Source of the DNA: Smithella sp. M82 | GTDB taxonomy: Bacteria > Desulfobacterota > Syntrophia > Syntrophales > Smithellaceae | Assembly: GCA_001683985.1 (NCBI GenBank) | Contig: MAEO01000229.1 | Location: 45,573 to 109,572, forward strand | DNA length: 64,000 nucleotides | Reading direction: 5' to 3' | Shown here: in pieces, positions 11,388 to 21,076 of the stretch | Layout: each line of letters opens with the position of its first letter | How positions within the stretch are numbered: the first letter of the stretch is position 1 | The notes under the pieces: model-generated | The model's database searches: none | The model's input: the letters and a program-made list of their open reading frames with translations, nothing else | What the model was told of the DNA's origin: nothing | Translations under genes and position numbers: made by a program

Positions 11388-13814
11388 TTAATTAACGGAT
11401 TGAGAACTCACCAGTAGATCTGCCGAACCGGCTGCATTAATATTTCCTTCATCCTGCAGAAAAGCAATTTTCAGTACGTCATCAATATGTTCTACAAAAA
11501 TAATCTTCAGCGCCTTTTGCACGTTTTGCGGAACTTCAGCCAGATCCTTTTCGTTGTCTTTCGGAATAATGACTACTTTTATATTACCCCGATGAGCGGC
11601 CAGAAGTTTCTCCTTGAGACCTCCAATGGGTAAAACTCTTCCTCTTAATGTAATTTCACCGGTCATTGCCAAATCGGCACGTACTTTTTTCTTCGTCAGC
11701 GCTGAAGCAATGGAAGTAGCCATGGCAATACCCGCAGACGGACCATCTTTGGGAATCGCTCCTTCCGGCACATGAACGTGAATATCGATCTTTTCATAAA
11801 AATTCCTGGCAAGGCCGAATTGTTCGGCACGGGCGCGAATATAACTCAAAGCGGCCTGAACAGATTCCTGCATTACATCACCCAATTTACCGGTCATTGT
11901 CATTTTTCCGGTTCCTTCCATAATGGAAGCTTCAACCGCGAGAAGTTCCCCACCTACCTCCGTCCAAGCCATTCCTATTGTCAAACCCACCTTATCTTTT
12001 TCTTCTATTTCTCCGTGATGATACTTGGGTACGCCCAAATATTTAGAAAGGGATTTGGAAGTGATAATCACTTTTTTATTTTTATCATTATTATTTACTA
12101 TCTCATTATTATTTACTATCTCCTTGGCAACCTTACGGCAGATGGAAGCAATTTCGCGATCTAAATTACGCACACCGGCTTCACGCGTATATTGACGAAT
12201 AATTTTGAGGAATGCTCCTTTAGTAAATTCAATGTTCCCGGTTGTAAGACCATTTGCTTCCAGTTGTTTCGCAACCAAAAATTTTTTTGCAATTTGCAGT
12301 TTTTCCGGCTCAGTATAACCGGCAATTCTGATTACCTCCATTCTGTCCTGCAACGGAGCCGGTATCGTTTGTAAAACATTGGCTGTAGTAATAAACATGA
12401 TCTCCGACAAATCATAATCGAGATCAAGATAATTATCATTAAAAGCCACGTTCTGCTCGGGATCAAGAACTTCCAGCAGTGCAGACGATGGATCGCCTCT
12501 AAAATCGGAACTAAGCTTGTCCACTTCATCCAGACAAAAAACCGGATTGTTGGATCCTGCCTTTTTCAGCATTTGAATAATCTTGCCCGGCATTGCTCCG
12601 ATATAGGTTCTGCGATGGCCGCGTATCTCCGCTTCATCGTGAACACCACCCAGAGACATACGCACAAACTTCTTGTTCGTGGCTCTGGCTACCGATTTGG
12701 CAATGGATGTTTTACCCACACCTGGCGGGCCGACCAAACACAAAATGGAACCTTTATTTTTCTTTGCCAGTGATTGCACGGCAAGGTATTCAATAATTCG
12801 TTCTTTGACGCTCTTCAGTCCATAATGATCTTCCTCAAGAATCGTTTCTGATTCCTTCAGCGTATATTTGTTTTCAGTTTTTTCCGACCAGGGCATATCC
12901 AATACCCAGTCTATATAATTTCTGACCACCGTAGCCTCTGCCGACATGGGAGTCATCATCTGTAATTTTTTAATTTCATGACGGACTTTCTTCACGGCTT
13001 CTTCCGACATTTTCTTCTGTTTCAGGCGTTTTTCCAGCTCTGCTATCTCATTGGAAAAGTCATCCTTTTCTCCCATTTCCTTCTGAATAGCCCGCATTTG
13101 TTCGTTCAGATAATAATCCTTTTGTGTTTTTTCCATCTGTTTTTTGACGCGCCGCTTAATCTTTTCTTCTACCTGCAGAATTTCGATTTCAGACAGCATC
13201 AATGAATAAATTGCTTCCAGACGTTCCCCGACATCAAATATCTCAATAATCCTTTGCTTGTCTTCCAGTTTCACATTAAGATGAGTAATAACAACATCCG
13301 CCAGTTTGGAAGCGTCTTCAATTACGGCAATCGTTCCGATCATTTCAACATGGATTTTCTTACTGAGCTTCAGATAAAGCTCAAAAGATTCCTTCACGCT
13401 TCTCATGAGAGCCTGTTTTTTGACTTCGTTTTGATCACCAATGTCATCCAGCTCATTTACCCTGACCAAGAAAAAATCATTATTCGGCAAATATTCCCTG
13501 ATGACTCCACGGGTCTTGCCCTCAACAAGCACCTTTACTGTTCCATCAGGCAAACGTAAGAGTTGAATGATAACGCCAATTGTGCCAACATTATAAATTT
13601 GTTCCTGCGTCGGGTCATCTTCTTTGGCGTTTTTCTGCGCAACCAGAAAAATACTTTTTTCGTATTTCATTGCCGATTCCAGCGCAGCAATGGATTTTTC
13701 ACGCCCGACAAACAACGGCACAATCATATGCGGAAACATCACAACATCTCTCAGCGGCAAGAGCGGAATTACAATTGTTTTATCCTGATCATTTATTTTA
13801 TTTTCGTTAAACAT
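11388..13814 (-). CDS. lon: ATP-dependent Lon protease
   Basis: 808 aa with LON N-domain, Walker [10 protein letters not shown] and the protease serine context [11 protein letters not shown]. It contains an in-frame 18-bp tandem duplication ([12 protein letters not shown]). Confidence 0.97.
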   Translation of the reverse strand: MFNENKINDQDKTIVIPLLPLRDVVMFPHMIVPLFVGREKSIAALESAMKYEKSIFLVAQKNAKEDDPTQEQIYNVGTIGVIIQLLRLPDGTVKVLVEGKTRGVIREYLPNNDFFLVRVNELDDIGDQNEVKKQALMRSVKESFELYLKLSKKIHVEMIGTIAVIEDASKLADVVITHLNVKLEDKQRIIEIFDVGERLEAIYSLMLSEIEILQVEEKIKRRVKKQMEKTQKDYYLNEQMRAIQKEMGEKDDFSNEIAELEKRLKQKKMSEEAVKKVRHEIKKLQMMTPMSAEATVVRNYIDWVLDMPWSEKTENKYTLKESETILEEDHYGLKSVKERIIEYLAVQSLAKKNKGSILCLVGPPGVGKTSIAKSVARATNKKFVRMSLGGVHDEAEIRGHRRTYIGAMPGKIIQMLKKAGSNNPVFCLDEVDKLSSDFRGDPSSALLEVLDPEQNVAFNDNYLDLDYDLSEIMFITTANVLQTIPAPLQDRMEVIRIAGYTEPEKLQIAKKFLVAKQLEANGLTTGNIEFTKGAFLKIIRQYTREAGVRNLDREIASICRKVAKEIVNNNEIVNNNDKNKKVIITSKSLSKYLGVPKYHHGEIEEKDKVGLTIGMAWTEVGGELLAVEASIMEGTGKMTMTGKLGDVMQESVQAALSYIRARAEQFGLARNFYEKIDIHVHVPEGAIPKDGPSAGIAMATSIASALTKKKVRADLAMTGEITLRGRVLPIGGLKEKLLAAHRGNIKVVIIPKDNEKDLAEVPQNVQKALKIIFVEHIDDVLKIAFLQDEGNINAAGSADLLVSSQSVN

Positions 13815-13832
13815 ATCTTTCCCGTATATTTC

Positions 13833-15095
13833 TCAAGCAGATTCTGATTTGGTTTCATAAATTAAAATTGGTTTTTCTTCTTTTAATACGACTTCCTCAC
13901 TAATGACACATTCTTTAATATCACTCTGCGACGGAATGTCATACATGATTTCCAGCATTGTATTTTCAAGAATGGAGCGCAATCCCCGCGCTCCGGATTT
14001 TCTTTCCATTGATAATTTGGCAACAGCTCTCAGCGCTCCGTCCGTAAATTTCAGAGCAACATTTTCCAGCGCAAACAGTTTTTTGTACTGTTTGATAATA
14101 GCATCTTTGGGTTCCATTAAAATCCGGATTAAAGTGGATTCATCCAATTCATCCAGAGTTGCTATAACAGGCAGACGACCGATAAATTCCGGTATCAATC
14201 CAAATTTCAATAAATCTTCCGACTGAACTTCCGCCAGTAATTCACCAACTCTCTTTTCTTTCTTACTTTTTATTTCCGCGCCGAAACCCATGGCATTAAC
14301 GCCCATTCGCCTGGAAATAATGTTTTCCAGGTCATTAAAAGCGCCGCCACATATAAATAAAATATTCGTTGTATCTACCTGAATAAACTCCTGCTGAGGA
14401 TGCTTCCTTCCACCTTTAGGCGGAATATTGGCCATTGTCCCCTCCATAATTTTCAGCAGAGCCTGTTGCACACCCTCTCCCGAAACATCCCTGGTTATGG
14501 AAGGATTTCCCGATTTTTTGGCAATTTTATCTATCTCGTCAATATAAACAATGCCTTTTGATGCTCTGGTAACGTCATAATCCGCATTTTGCAGTAGACT
14601 TAAAATAATATTTTCTACATCCTCTCCGACATATCCGGCTTCAGTTAGAGTCGTAGCATCGGCAATTGTAAAAGGAACATTAAGAAATTTTGCCAGAGTT
14701 TTAGCTAAAAGAGTTTTGCCTGAACCGGTAGGCCCGATTAAAAGCACGTTACTTTTCTGAATTTCTATTCCATCGGGTTCAACATGGAAAAATAATCTCT
14801 TGTAATGATTATAAACGGCCACTGACAGAATTTTTTTTGTTTTTTCCTGACCGATAACATATTGATCAAGAAATTTCTTAATTTCCTTCGGATTGGGCGA
14901 TCCTTTTTTGGAATCTTTTTCCACAAGGTTGTCTTCCTCTTCCTCAACAATATACCGGCAAAGTTCAATGCATTCATCACAGATGTAGGCTGTCGGGCCG
15001 GCGACCAGTTTCCGCACTTCGCTTTGCATTTTCCCGCAAAAAGAACAAAAAAGCATACCCTGCCCCGTCCGATTATTCTTGCTTTTTTTTATCAC
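13833..15095 (-). CDS. clpX: ATP-dependent Clp protease ATP-binding subunit ClpX
   Basis: N-terminal zinc ribbon (CSFCGK...CDECI) and Walker A GPTGSGKT. Gene order is tig-clpP-clpX-lon. It overlaps clpP by 23 nt, and an alternative start at 15056 is possible. Confidence 0.96.
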   Translation of the reverse strand: MIKKSKNNRTGQGMLFCSFCGKMQSEVRKLVAGPTAYICDECIELCRYIVEEEEDNLVEKDSKKGSPNPKEIKKFLDQYVIGQEKTKKILSVAVYNHYKRLFFHVEPDGIEIQKSNVLLIGPTGSGKTLLAKTLAKFLNVPFTIADATTLTEAGYVGEDVENIILSLLQNADYDVTRASKGIVYIDEIDKIAKKSGNPSITRDVSGEGVQQALLKIMEGTMANIPPKGGRKHPQQEFIQVDTTNILFICGGAFNDLENIISRRMGVNAMGFGAEIKSKKEKRVGELLAEVQSEDLLKFGLIPEFIGRLPVIATLDELDESTLIRILMEPKDAIIKQYKKLFALENVALKFTDGALRAVAKLSMERKSGARGLRSILENTMLEIMYDIPSQSDIKECVISEEVVLKEEKPILIYETKSESA

Positions 15096-15711
15096 TTAAC
15101 TCTCCTTTGTTTGTGTTGGCTGAAGATTCCGGCTTCCGAACGATAATTTCATCAATTAAACCGTATTCTTTAGCTTGTTCACTCGTCATGAAATAATCCC
15201 GTTCCGTATCGTTCATAATTCGGAGAAGCGGTTGTCCCGTCAATTCTGCCAATATTTTGTTTAATTCATCTTTTAATCTTAATATCTCTTTTGCCTGAAT
15301 ATCAATGTCTGTTGCCTGCCCCTGAAAACCACCCAGCGGTTGATGAATTAAAATTCTCGAATGAGGAAGGGCAAACCGTTTTTTCTTTTCTCCGGCTGCT
15401 AAAAGTATTGCTGCCATGCTGGCTGATTGCCCCATACAAACAGTCGAAATCGGTGACTTAATGTACCTCATTGTGTCATAAATAGCCATACCGGAACTTA
15501 CAGAACCACCGGGAGAATTCAAGTAGAAAAATATTTCCTTATCCGGATTATCTGCTTCCAAATACAACATCTGAGCAACAATTAAATTAGCTACATTATC
15601 ATCGATAACTGTGCCCAGAAAAATAATGCGATCTTTTAATAAACGGGAATAGATATCATATGCCCGCTCGCCCCGTCCGTCTTGTTCAACCACCATAGGG
15701 ATTAAATTCAT
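15073..15711 (-). CDS. clpP: ATP-dependent Clp protease proteolytic subunit
   Basis: 212 aa with Ser context GQSASMAA and His context IHQP. The C-terminal tail is longer than usual. Confidence 0.96.
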   Translation of the reverse strand: MNLIPMVVEQDGRGERAYDIYSRLLKDRIIFLGTVIDDNVANLIVAQMLYLEADNPDKEIFFYLNSPGGSVSSGMAIYDTMRYIKSPISTVCMGQSASMAAILLAAGEKKKRFALPHSRILIHQPLGGFQGQATDIDIQAKEILRLKDELNKILAELTGQPLLRIMNDTERDYFMTSEQAKEYGLIDEIIVRKPESSANTNKGELSDKKKQE

Positions 15712-17033
15712 TATTTAACCTCCATACCTGTATCTTTTTTTTCAACGGTTTTAATATTTGCATTCTGCTCGATAAAGTCAAATACCTTTTTCTGCATTAT
15801 TTCCATTTTAAGATTATCTTTCTTTCCTTCCTCTTCATACATTTTTTTCAGTGACTCATAATCCCGTTTATGCCGGACGGCCAGATACTGAAGATATTCT
15901 TCGATATCAGTTTCTTTCACAGTGAATGATTCTTTCTCGGCAATCTTTCTTAAAAGCAGGAATGATTTGACAATCTTTTCGGCATCATCCTTAAATTTAT
16001 CATGCATTTTGAGGCTGAATTCCATCGCCTGATCCCCATCTATACCGGCCGAAATCATTCTTCTTTGAGTATCGGCCATCATATAATAAATTTGTCTTTC
16101 CACAAGCGAAGGAGGCGCCTCAAAATCATTGTCTTTAATCAATTTCTCCATAATACTGTTTTGCAAATTAACTTTGGCTGTTTGTTGATTTTTTTCTTCC
16201 AAAGACGCGCGGATATCATTCTTAAAGTCTTCAAAACTATTATACTTTTCAAAGTTTTTTATCAAATTTTCATCATTTTCAGGAAGTTTCTTTTCTCTTA
16301 TACTCTTTACTTCTACATTAAAAACTACTTCCTGACCGGCAAATTTGCTTTCATGATAATCGGCAGGAAAAGTTACTTTGATCTCTTTTTTACCCTCTTT
16401 TTTAATGCCAATCAGTTGTTCCTCAAAGCCTGGAACAAATCTTCCCGAACCAATTTCCAGAAAATAGTTTTCAGCTTTTAATTCCTTATAAGCTTCACCA
16501 TTTAAAGTGCCTTCAAAATCCATCACGACAAAATCGCCCTGAACAGATTCGCGATCTTCTTTAACTTCTTCCATGGTGGCAAACATGTGTCTTATTTCGT
16601 CAATTCTTTTCCGAACATCATCATCCGTAACTTTAACTTCTTCTTTTTCTAAATCAAGCCCTTTATAATTTTTAGGTTCGAATTCCGCTTCGGTTTCAAA
16701 TGAGGCTGTAAAAGAAAAATTTGTATTTTCTTTTATACCTTCCTGAGTAATATCAGGCCGTGAAACAGGAACAATCCCCTTTTCTTCCAGGGCCTGCCAA
16801 TAATATTTATTTACTATATTGGTTGTTGTTTCGCCTTCTGCCTGATCTTTAAAATAAGTTTCTAATACCTTGCGGGGAATTTTACCAGGACGGAAACCTT
16901 TAAGCCGAGCCTTTTTCCCGACATCGTGGTATACCGCATCCAGTTCATTTTTAACTTCATCCCAGGGTATCTCCAATGATAATTTTTTCTTCACAGGACT
17001 CAATTCTTCTAATTTCACCACAACCTGACTCAC
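15711..17033 (-). CDS. tig: trigger factor
   Basis: 440 aa with the ribosome-binding GFRPGKIP motif near the N-terminus and a central FKBP-type PPIase region. It sits upstream of clpP-clpX. Confidence 0.92.
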   Translation of the reverse strand: MSQVVVKLEELSPVKKKLSLEIPWDEVKNELDAVYHDVGKKARLKGFRPGKIPRKVLETYFKDQAEGETTTNIVNKYYWQALEEKGIVPVSRPDITQEGIKENTNFSFTASFETEAEFEPKNYKGLDLEKEEVKVTDDDVRKRIDEIRHMFATMEEVKEDRESVQGDFVVMDFEGTLNGEAYKELKAENYFLEIGSGRFVPGFEEQLIGIKKEGKKEIKVTFPADYHESKFAGQEVVFNVEVKSIREKKLPENDENLIKNFEKYNSFEDFKNDIRASLEEKNQQTAKVNLQNSIMEKLIKDNDFEAPPSLVERQIYYMMADTQRRMISAGIDGDQAMEFSLKMHDKFKDDAEKIVKSFLLLRKIAEKESFTVKETDIEEYLQYLAVRHKRDYESLKKMYEEEGKKDNLKMEIMQKKVFDFIEQNANIKTVEKKDTGMEVK

Positions 17034-17084
17034 TTTACAATATCTCCTTCTTTATTGAAAGAATTATATCTTTCCACTGATTAC

Positions 17085-17171
17085 TGGTGCGAGAGAGGGG
17101 ATTTGAACCCCTATCCGCTCAGGCGGGCTGGATCCTAAGTCCAGTGCGTCTGCCAATTCCGCCACTCTCGC
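17085..17171 (-). tRNA. tRNA-Leu (TAG)
   Basis: 87-nt class II tRNA. Reverse complement is GCGAGAGTGGCGGAATTGGCAGACGC...CTTAGGA...long variable arm...GGTTCAAATCCCCTCTCTCGCACCA. Confidence 0.92.
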
Positions 17172-17182
17172 CTTTCGATTTT

Positions 17183-17211
17183 TATATATTCATTACATAA
17201 TAAAATGTCAA
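17183..17211 (-). promoter_or_regulatory. sigma70-type promoter for tRNA-Leu
   Basis: On the minus strand: TTGACA (17211..17206), a 17-nt spacer, then TATATA (17188..17183), about 12 nt upstream of the mature tRNA 5' end. Confidence 0.45.
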
Positions 17212-17375
17212 CGCGGATTATTTCTGTAACTATATACAAAACCAGTTAAATTAAGCTTTTCATCCAGTTATGTATTTGATTACACGCTTTTATGCAAGAA
17301 AAATATCCTAACGAATATAATGGTAATGGACACTAAGTAAGGTTGTCACTAGATTAAAATGTAAGCGCATAATCT

Positions 17376-17413
17376 GACAAAAGAAATGGGGATAACCCCC
17401 GGTTAACCCCATT
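17376..17413 (-). terminator. putative intrinsic terminator after tRNA-Pro
   Basis: On the minus strand: AATGGGG, a 15-nt loop, CCCCATT, then TTCTTTTG. Confidence 0.4.
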
Positions 17414-17421
17414 ATTTTTAC

Positions 17422-17498
17422 TGGTCGGGGCGAGTGGATTTGAACCACCGGCCCTCTGAACCCCATTCAGATACGCTACCAGACTGCGCCACGCCCCG
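17422..17498 (-). tRNA. tRNA-Pro (GGG)
   Basis: Reverse complement CGGGGCGTGGCGCAGTCTGGTAGCGT...stem TCTGA, loop ATGGGGT, stem TCAGA...GGTTCAAATCCACTCGCCCCGACCA. Confidence 0.9.
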
Positions 17499-17519
17499 AC
17501 ATGTTGCAAAGTGTTGAGG

Positions 17520-17548
17520 TCATTACCATTACAGTAAAACTCTGTCAA
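17520..17548 (-). promoter_or_regulatory. sigma70-type promoter for tRNA-Pro
   Basis: On the minus strand: TTGACA (17548..17543), a 17-nt spacer, then TAATGA (17525..17520). Confidence 0.4.
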
Positions 17549-17760
17549 GCGCAAATACATCGTTTTTTTACATAATTATCACATTTAATTTTTTCCAGAA
17601 ATTCACAGATATTATAGCGCCTTCATAATTAGAGAATCACTGCCATAAAATCAAAAACAATTTTTAGAATCTTTTCGAAGTGAATCTGTTGATATTGTAG
17701 CTTTCGCTCTGCGGAATTGTTTTCAATAAATTCCAGCCTTGGATATTTACAATAATTTTA

Positions 17761-17790
17761 TTGACACTTAAGCTTCACATATGTTAGTGA
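17761..17790 (+). promoter_or_regulatory. putative extended -10 promoter of the first DRTGG gene
   Basis: TTGACA at 17761, then an 18-nt spacer ending in TGt, then TAGTGA. The same layout recurs in front of the second DRTGG gene. Confidence 0.4.
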
Positions 17791-17899
17791 AAATCAACAG
17801 AAAGCATTAATTAAATTTACAGTTTTTGTTCAATGTATTGTCAATTTTTGATAGTCTCAAATATAAACATCGGATTTGCTTCCCCTTAAGGAGTTGTCT

Positions 17900-18274
17900 T
17901 TGAAATTACAAGAAGTTAAAGAATTACTTGATGCTGATGTAATTGTCGGTACGGAAAAAATGGGTATAGAGGTCAAAACAGCTTTCGGAGCTGATTTGAT
18001 GAGCGATGTTCTTGCTTTTGCCAAACCAGGAAGTCTATTATTAACAGGTTTAACAAATGCCCAGGTCATTAAAACCGCTGCAGCCAGAAATATTGCTGCT
18101 ATCATCATGGTTAGAGGAAAACAACCTTCATCCGAAGCTATTAGCATGGCAAAAGAACTTCAAATTCCCATCTTATCTACGAAATATATTTTATTTGAAA
18201 CAGCCGGTATTTTATATAATAAAGGTATAGTCGGTTGCCTGAAAAAAGTAGAAAGTGACAGTTTATATAAATAA
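17900..18274 (+). CDS. DRTGG-domain protein, copy 1 (hydrogenase-associated)
   Basis: 124 aa when started at TTG 17900, 6 nt after AAGGAG. This makes it collinear with its downstream paralogue. It carries the conserved FGADLMSDVLAF and LLLTGLTN segments typical of small DRTGG proteins found next to hydrogenase operons. Confidence 0.7.
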   Translation: MKLQEVKELLDADVIVGTEKMGIEVKTAFGADLMSDVLAFAKPGSLLLTGLTNAQVIKTAAARNIAAIIMVRGKQPSSEAISMAKELQIPILSTKYILFETAGILYNKGIVGCLKKVESDSLYK

Positions 18275-18281
18275 GAATACA

Positions 18282-18311
18282 TTGACACTAAAGTTTAATA
18301 TATGATAGTAA
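18282..18311 (+). promoter_or_regulatory. putative extended -10 promoter of the second DRTGG gene
   Basis: TTGACA at 18282, an 18-nt spacer ending in TGa, then TAGTAA. It is a paralogous copy of the 17761 promoter. Confidence 0.4.
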
Positions 18312-18376
18312 AAAACTATTATAATTTTGATATTTAAATAAAAAAAACAAAATGTTTTTCTTATGAGGATTGGATA

Positions 18377-18751
18377 TTGAAACTTCAAGAAGTAAAAAAA
18401 ATACTTAATGCCGAAGTAATAGTCGGTGAAGAAAAATTAGACATGGAAGTCAAGACAGCTTTTGGGGCTGATTTGATGAGTGATGTTCTTGCTTTTGCTA
18501 AAGCGGGAAGTCTTTTGCTGACAGGTCTGACAAACAGCCAGGTAATTAGAACAGCCCATGTTATGGATATTGCAGCTATAATTTTAGTGAGAGGAAAAAA
18601 ACCTCCTGCCGAAACAATAAACATGGCTAAAGAATTTAAAATTCCTGTTCTAGCAACCAAATATATTTTGTTTGAAACAGCCGGCCGTCTTTACACTAAG
18701 GGTATTGTTGGTTGTCTGGAACAAGTTGAAGATCACAGTGCACACGGCTGA
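18377..18751 (+). CDS. DRTGG-domain protein, copy 2
   Basis: 124 aa, roughly three quarters identical by eye to copy 1 over its full length. Confidence 0.7.
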   Translation: MKLQEVKKILNAEVIVGEEKLDMEVKTAFGADLMSDVLAFAKAGSLLLTGLTNSQVIRTAHVMDIAAIILVRGKKPPAETINMAKEFKIPVLATKYILFETAGRLYTKGIVGCLEQVEDHSAHG

Positions 18752-19181
18752 AACTGAAAATTATTTATATAAGAATAGTTTTGATGTTGAGGGGGGTAAT
18801 TTTAATAATGCCGGGGCTATTTCTACACAAGTAAAATCTATTCTAAAAAATATCGGTTTGCCTAACAACGTCATCAGGAAAGCTGCAATTGCCTGCTATG
18901 AATCAGAAATTAATATTGTATCCTATGCCAGGCAGGGAGTTATAAACCTGATAGTCACTCCCAAAACTGTCGAATTTGACATCGCCGATGAAGGTCCGGG
19001 AATACCGGATATTGAATTGGCAATGGAGCAAGGTTATTCAACCGCAGATCGGCAAATAAGAGAAATGGGGTTTGGTGCCGGTATGGGACTCTATAACATC
19101 AAGTGTTCATCCGACATATTCAACCTGACATCGGAAGTGGACAAAGGAACTTTTTTGAAAATAATTATCAATATTCCTTAA
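18738..19181 (+). CDS. small GHKL/HATPase-like ATPase (anti-sigma-factor-kinase-like, RsbW/SpoIIAB type)
   Basis: G1-like DEGPGIPD and G2-like GFGAGMGL boxes in a protein of about 147 aa. I start it at GTG 18738, overlapping the preceding stop by 14 nt. The longer ORF-track start (18672) lies inside the DRTGG-2 gene. Confidence 0.7.
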   Translation: MHTAETENYLYKNSFDVEGGNFNNAGAISTQVKSILKNIGLPNNVIRKAAIACYESEINIVSYARQGVINLIVTPKTVEFDIADEGPGIPDIELAMEQGYSTADRQIREMGFGAGMGLYNIKCSSDIFNLTSEVDKGTFLKIIINIP

Positions 19182-19198
19182 TTCATCAAGGACTTATT

Positions 19199-19534
19199 AT
19201 GAATGTCGAAACCATCATTAAAGAATTAAATTTAAAGGTAAGGTCTGCATCAGACAAACTTAATAATAATGTTACAGGAGGTTATACGGGAGATCTTCTA
19301 AGCGATGTTATAGCAAACTCTCACGAAGGAGATATCTGGATAACAAGGCAGGTACACCAGAATATTGTTGCCGTAGCGAGTCTGAAGGAACATGCAGGTA
19401 TTATACTAACCAATTCGTGCGAACCAACCGGGGAAACTTTAGAAAAAGCAAATCAGGAAAAAATACCTGTAATGATTTCCGATTTGCCGGCCTTTGAGTT
19501 AACCGGTAAAATTTATAATCTTTTGGTAAAATAA
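19199..19534 (+). CDS. DRTGG-domain protein, copy 3 (divergent)
   Basis: 111 aa from ATG 19199. It keeps the GDLLSDVIAN segment equivalent to ADLMSDVLAF in copies 1 and 2, and the same overall length and pattern. Confidence 0.6.
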   Translation: MNVETIIKELNLKVRSASDKLNNNVTGGYTGDLLSDVIANSHEGDIWITRQVHQNIVAVASLKEHAGIILTNSCEPTGETLEKANQEKIPVMISDLPAFELTGKIYNLLVK

Positions 19535-19793
19535 ATACCAAGTTACGGCAAGCTCTTCAATGACCATTTATGGCCATTTTTTAAAATCATATCAATTTCC
19601 TGAACAACTTTGTTGTCATCATCGCAGATTTCTCATTATACGCACTTATGATTATAGCTTACATTTTTTAATCCGCCATTGTTGCACCCTGCCTTTTGCT
19701 TGAGGGTGTGAAGAATTAGATATTTTAAATTTGCGCCTTAATTTTAATTGATGTCATCCGGGCGGCAATTTTCCTAAAAGGTATAAAAGAGTC

Positions 19794-20534
19794 ATGCTGA
19801 AAGTTTTTAACTGTGATCTGCATATACATACCTGCCTTTCACCCTGCGCCGAGCTTGATATGCACCCAATGCTTTTAGTAAAAAAAGCCCTGGAAAAGGA
19901 ACTCGATATTATTGCCATCTGTGATCATAATTCTTCAGCAAACGTTCCTTACGTAATCAAAGCTGCACAAACGAGCAAGCTAAGAATACTGCCCGGTATG
20001 GAAATCACAACAATTGAAGAAGTCCATATATTAGCCATATTTGATTCCATTTCAAATCTTTCATTAATGCAAAATATTATTGATCAGCATCTCAAGGGAA
20101 AAAATGACGAAGATAGTTTTGGTGTCCAGGCTATAGTTAATGAAAAAGGCGAAGTAGAGGGCATAAATAATCAATTACTGATCGGCGCAACTGACTTATC
20201 TCTGGACACATCAATTAACTATATACATCAATTCAACGGATTAGCTGTTGCCGCGCATATAGACAGGGATAGTTTCAGCGTCCTCAGCCAACTCGGATTT
20301 ATTGATGACAATTCCGGATTTGACGCGCTGGAAATAACACCTCGAACAGGTTTTCATGGAGCAAGAATCAGATATCCGGAACTTTGCAAATATTCATTTA
20401 TCATGTCGTCGGATTCCCATTTTATAAAAGATATCGGAACGGCAACCACACAAATTATGCTTCAGAAACCATCTGTTGCCGAATTGAAAATGGCTTTCAA
20501 AAAACAAAATGGACGTTGTGTGATGGAACGATAA
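19794..20534 (+). CDS. PHP-domain metal-dependent phosphoesterase
   Basis: 246 aa with N-terminal CDLHIHTCLSPCA and ICDHNS metal-binding motifs, plus later AAHIDR and SSDSH motifs. Confidence 0.8.
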   Translation: MLKVFNCDLHIHTCLSPCAELDMHPMLLVKKALEKELDIIAICDHNSSANVPYVIKAAQTSKLRILPGMEITTIEEVHILAIFDSISNLSLMQNIIDQHLKGKNDEDSFGVQAIVNEKGEVEGINNQLLIGATDLSLDTSINYIHQFNGLAVAAHIDRDSFSVLSQLGFIDDNSGFDALEITPRTGFHGARIRYPELCKYSFIMSSDSHFIKDIGTATTQIMLQKPSVAELKMAFKKQNGRCVMER

Positions 20535-21076
20535 TGCTGGAACTTGCCGCGCATATTCTGGATATCGCCGAAAACTCTGTCCGGGCAGGCGCTGAATTAA
20601 TTGAAATCAACATTAACGAAGACACCATTGATGATCTTCTTTCCATAGAAATTATCGACGACGGCCAGGGAATGAAGCAGGAAGAGATTAAGAAAGCTTT
20701 GGATCCCTTTTATACAACTAAAACTGTAAGACGAATAGGTTTAGGCCTTCCGCTCCTCGCAGATGCCACCCAAAGAGCAGGCGGCCATTTTAATCTGGAG
20801 TCTCAAGAGGGCAAAGGAACAACTGTTCAGGCACATTTCGGACACAGTCACATAGACAGGCAACCCCTCGGCGATATTATCAATACATTGATTATTTTAA
20901 TTGCCGGTAATCCGGATGTCGATTTTGTTTACAAACATAAATACAATAGTCGGCAATTTAAAATGGACACCCGAAATATCCGTAAAGAAATCGATGATAT
21001 ACCGATAAATCATCCTGAAATATTAAAATATATCCGGGAAGTTTCAGAAGAAGGGTTTAATGACATAAAACAGTGA
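20534..21076 (+). CDS. HATPase_c-only (GHKL) ATP-binding protein
   Basis: 180 aa from ATG 20534, which overlaps the PHP stop in ATAATG. It has an N-box-like AENSVRAG, G1 DDGQGM and G2 GLGLPLL. I could not recognise a DHp or His phosphoacceptor domain. Confidence 0.7.
   Translation: MLELAAHILDIAENSVRAGAELIEININEDTIDDLLSIEIIDDGQGMKQEEIKKALDPFYTTKTVRRIGLGLPLLADATQRAGGHFNLESQEGKGTTVQAHFGHSHIDRQPLGDIINTLIILIAGNPDVDFVYKHKYNSRQFKMDTRNIRKEIDDIPINHPEILKYIREVSEEGFNDIKQ

Noticed and set aside
18672-19198. ORF-track N-terminal extensions of the small HATPase (18672), DRTGG-3 (19103), the second HATPase (20384), trmFO (58747), the AddA-like gene (40021) and panC (5400)
   Set aside because: The extensions overlap the preceding gene in another frame, or lack ribosome-binding sites. 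Internal starts give canonical N-termini and typical 1-14 nt coupling overlaps.
19535-19793. 259-nt gap between DRTGG-3 and the PHP gene, as a possible sRNA or CRISPR-like repeat region
   Set aside because: It holds only a weak hairpin plus T-run (AATGACCAT..ATGGCCATTTTTT) and one CACCCT/AGGGTG hairpin. There are no repeats and no credible ORF on either strand. It is probably an internal terminator or promoter spacer, but the support is too weak to annotate.
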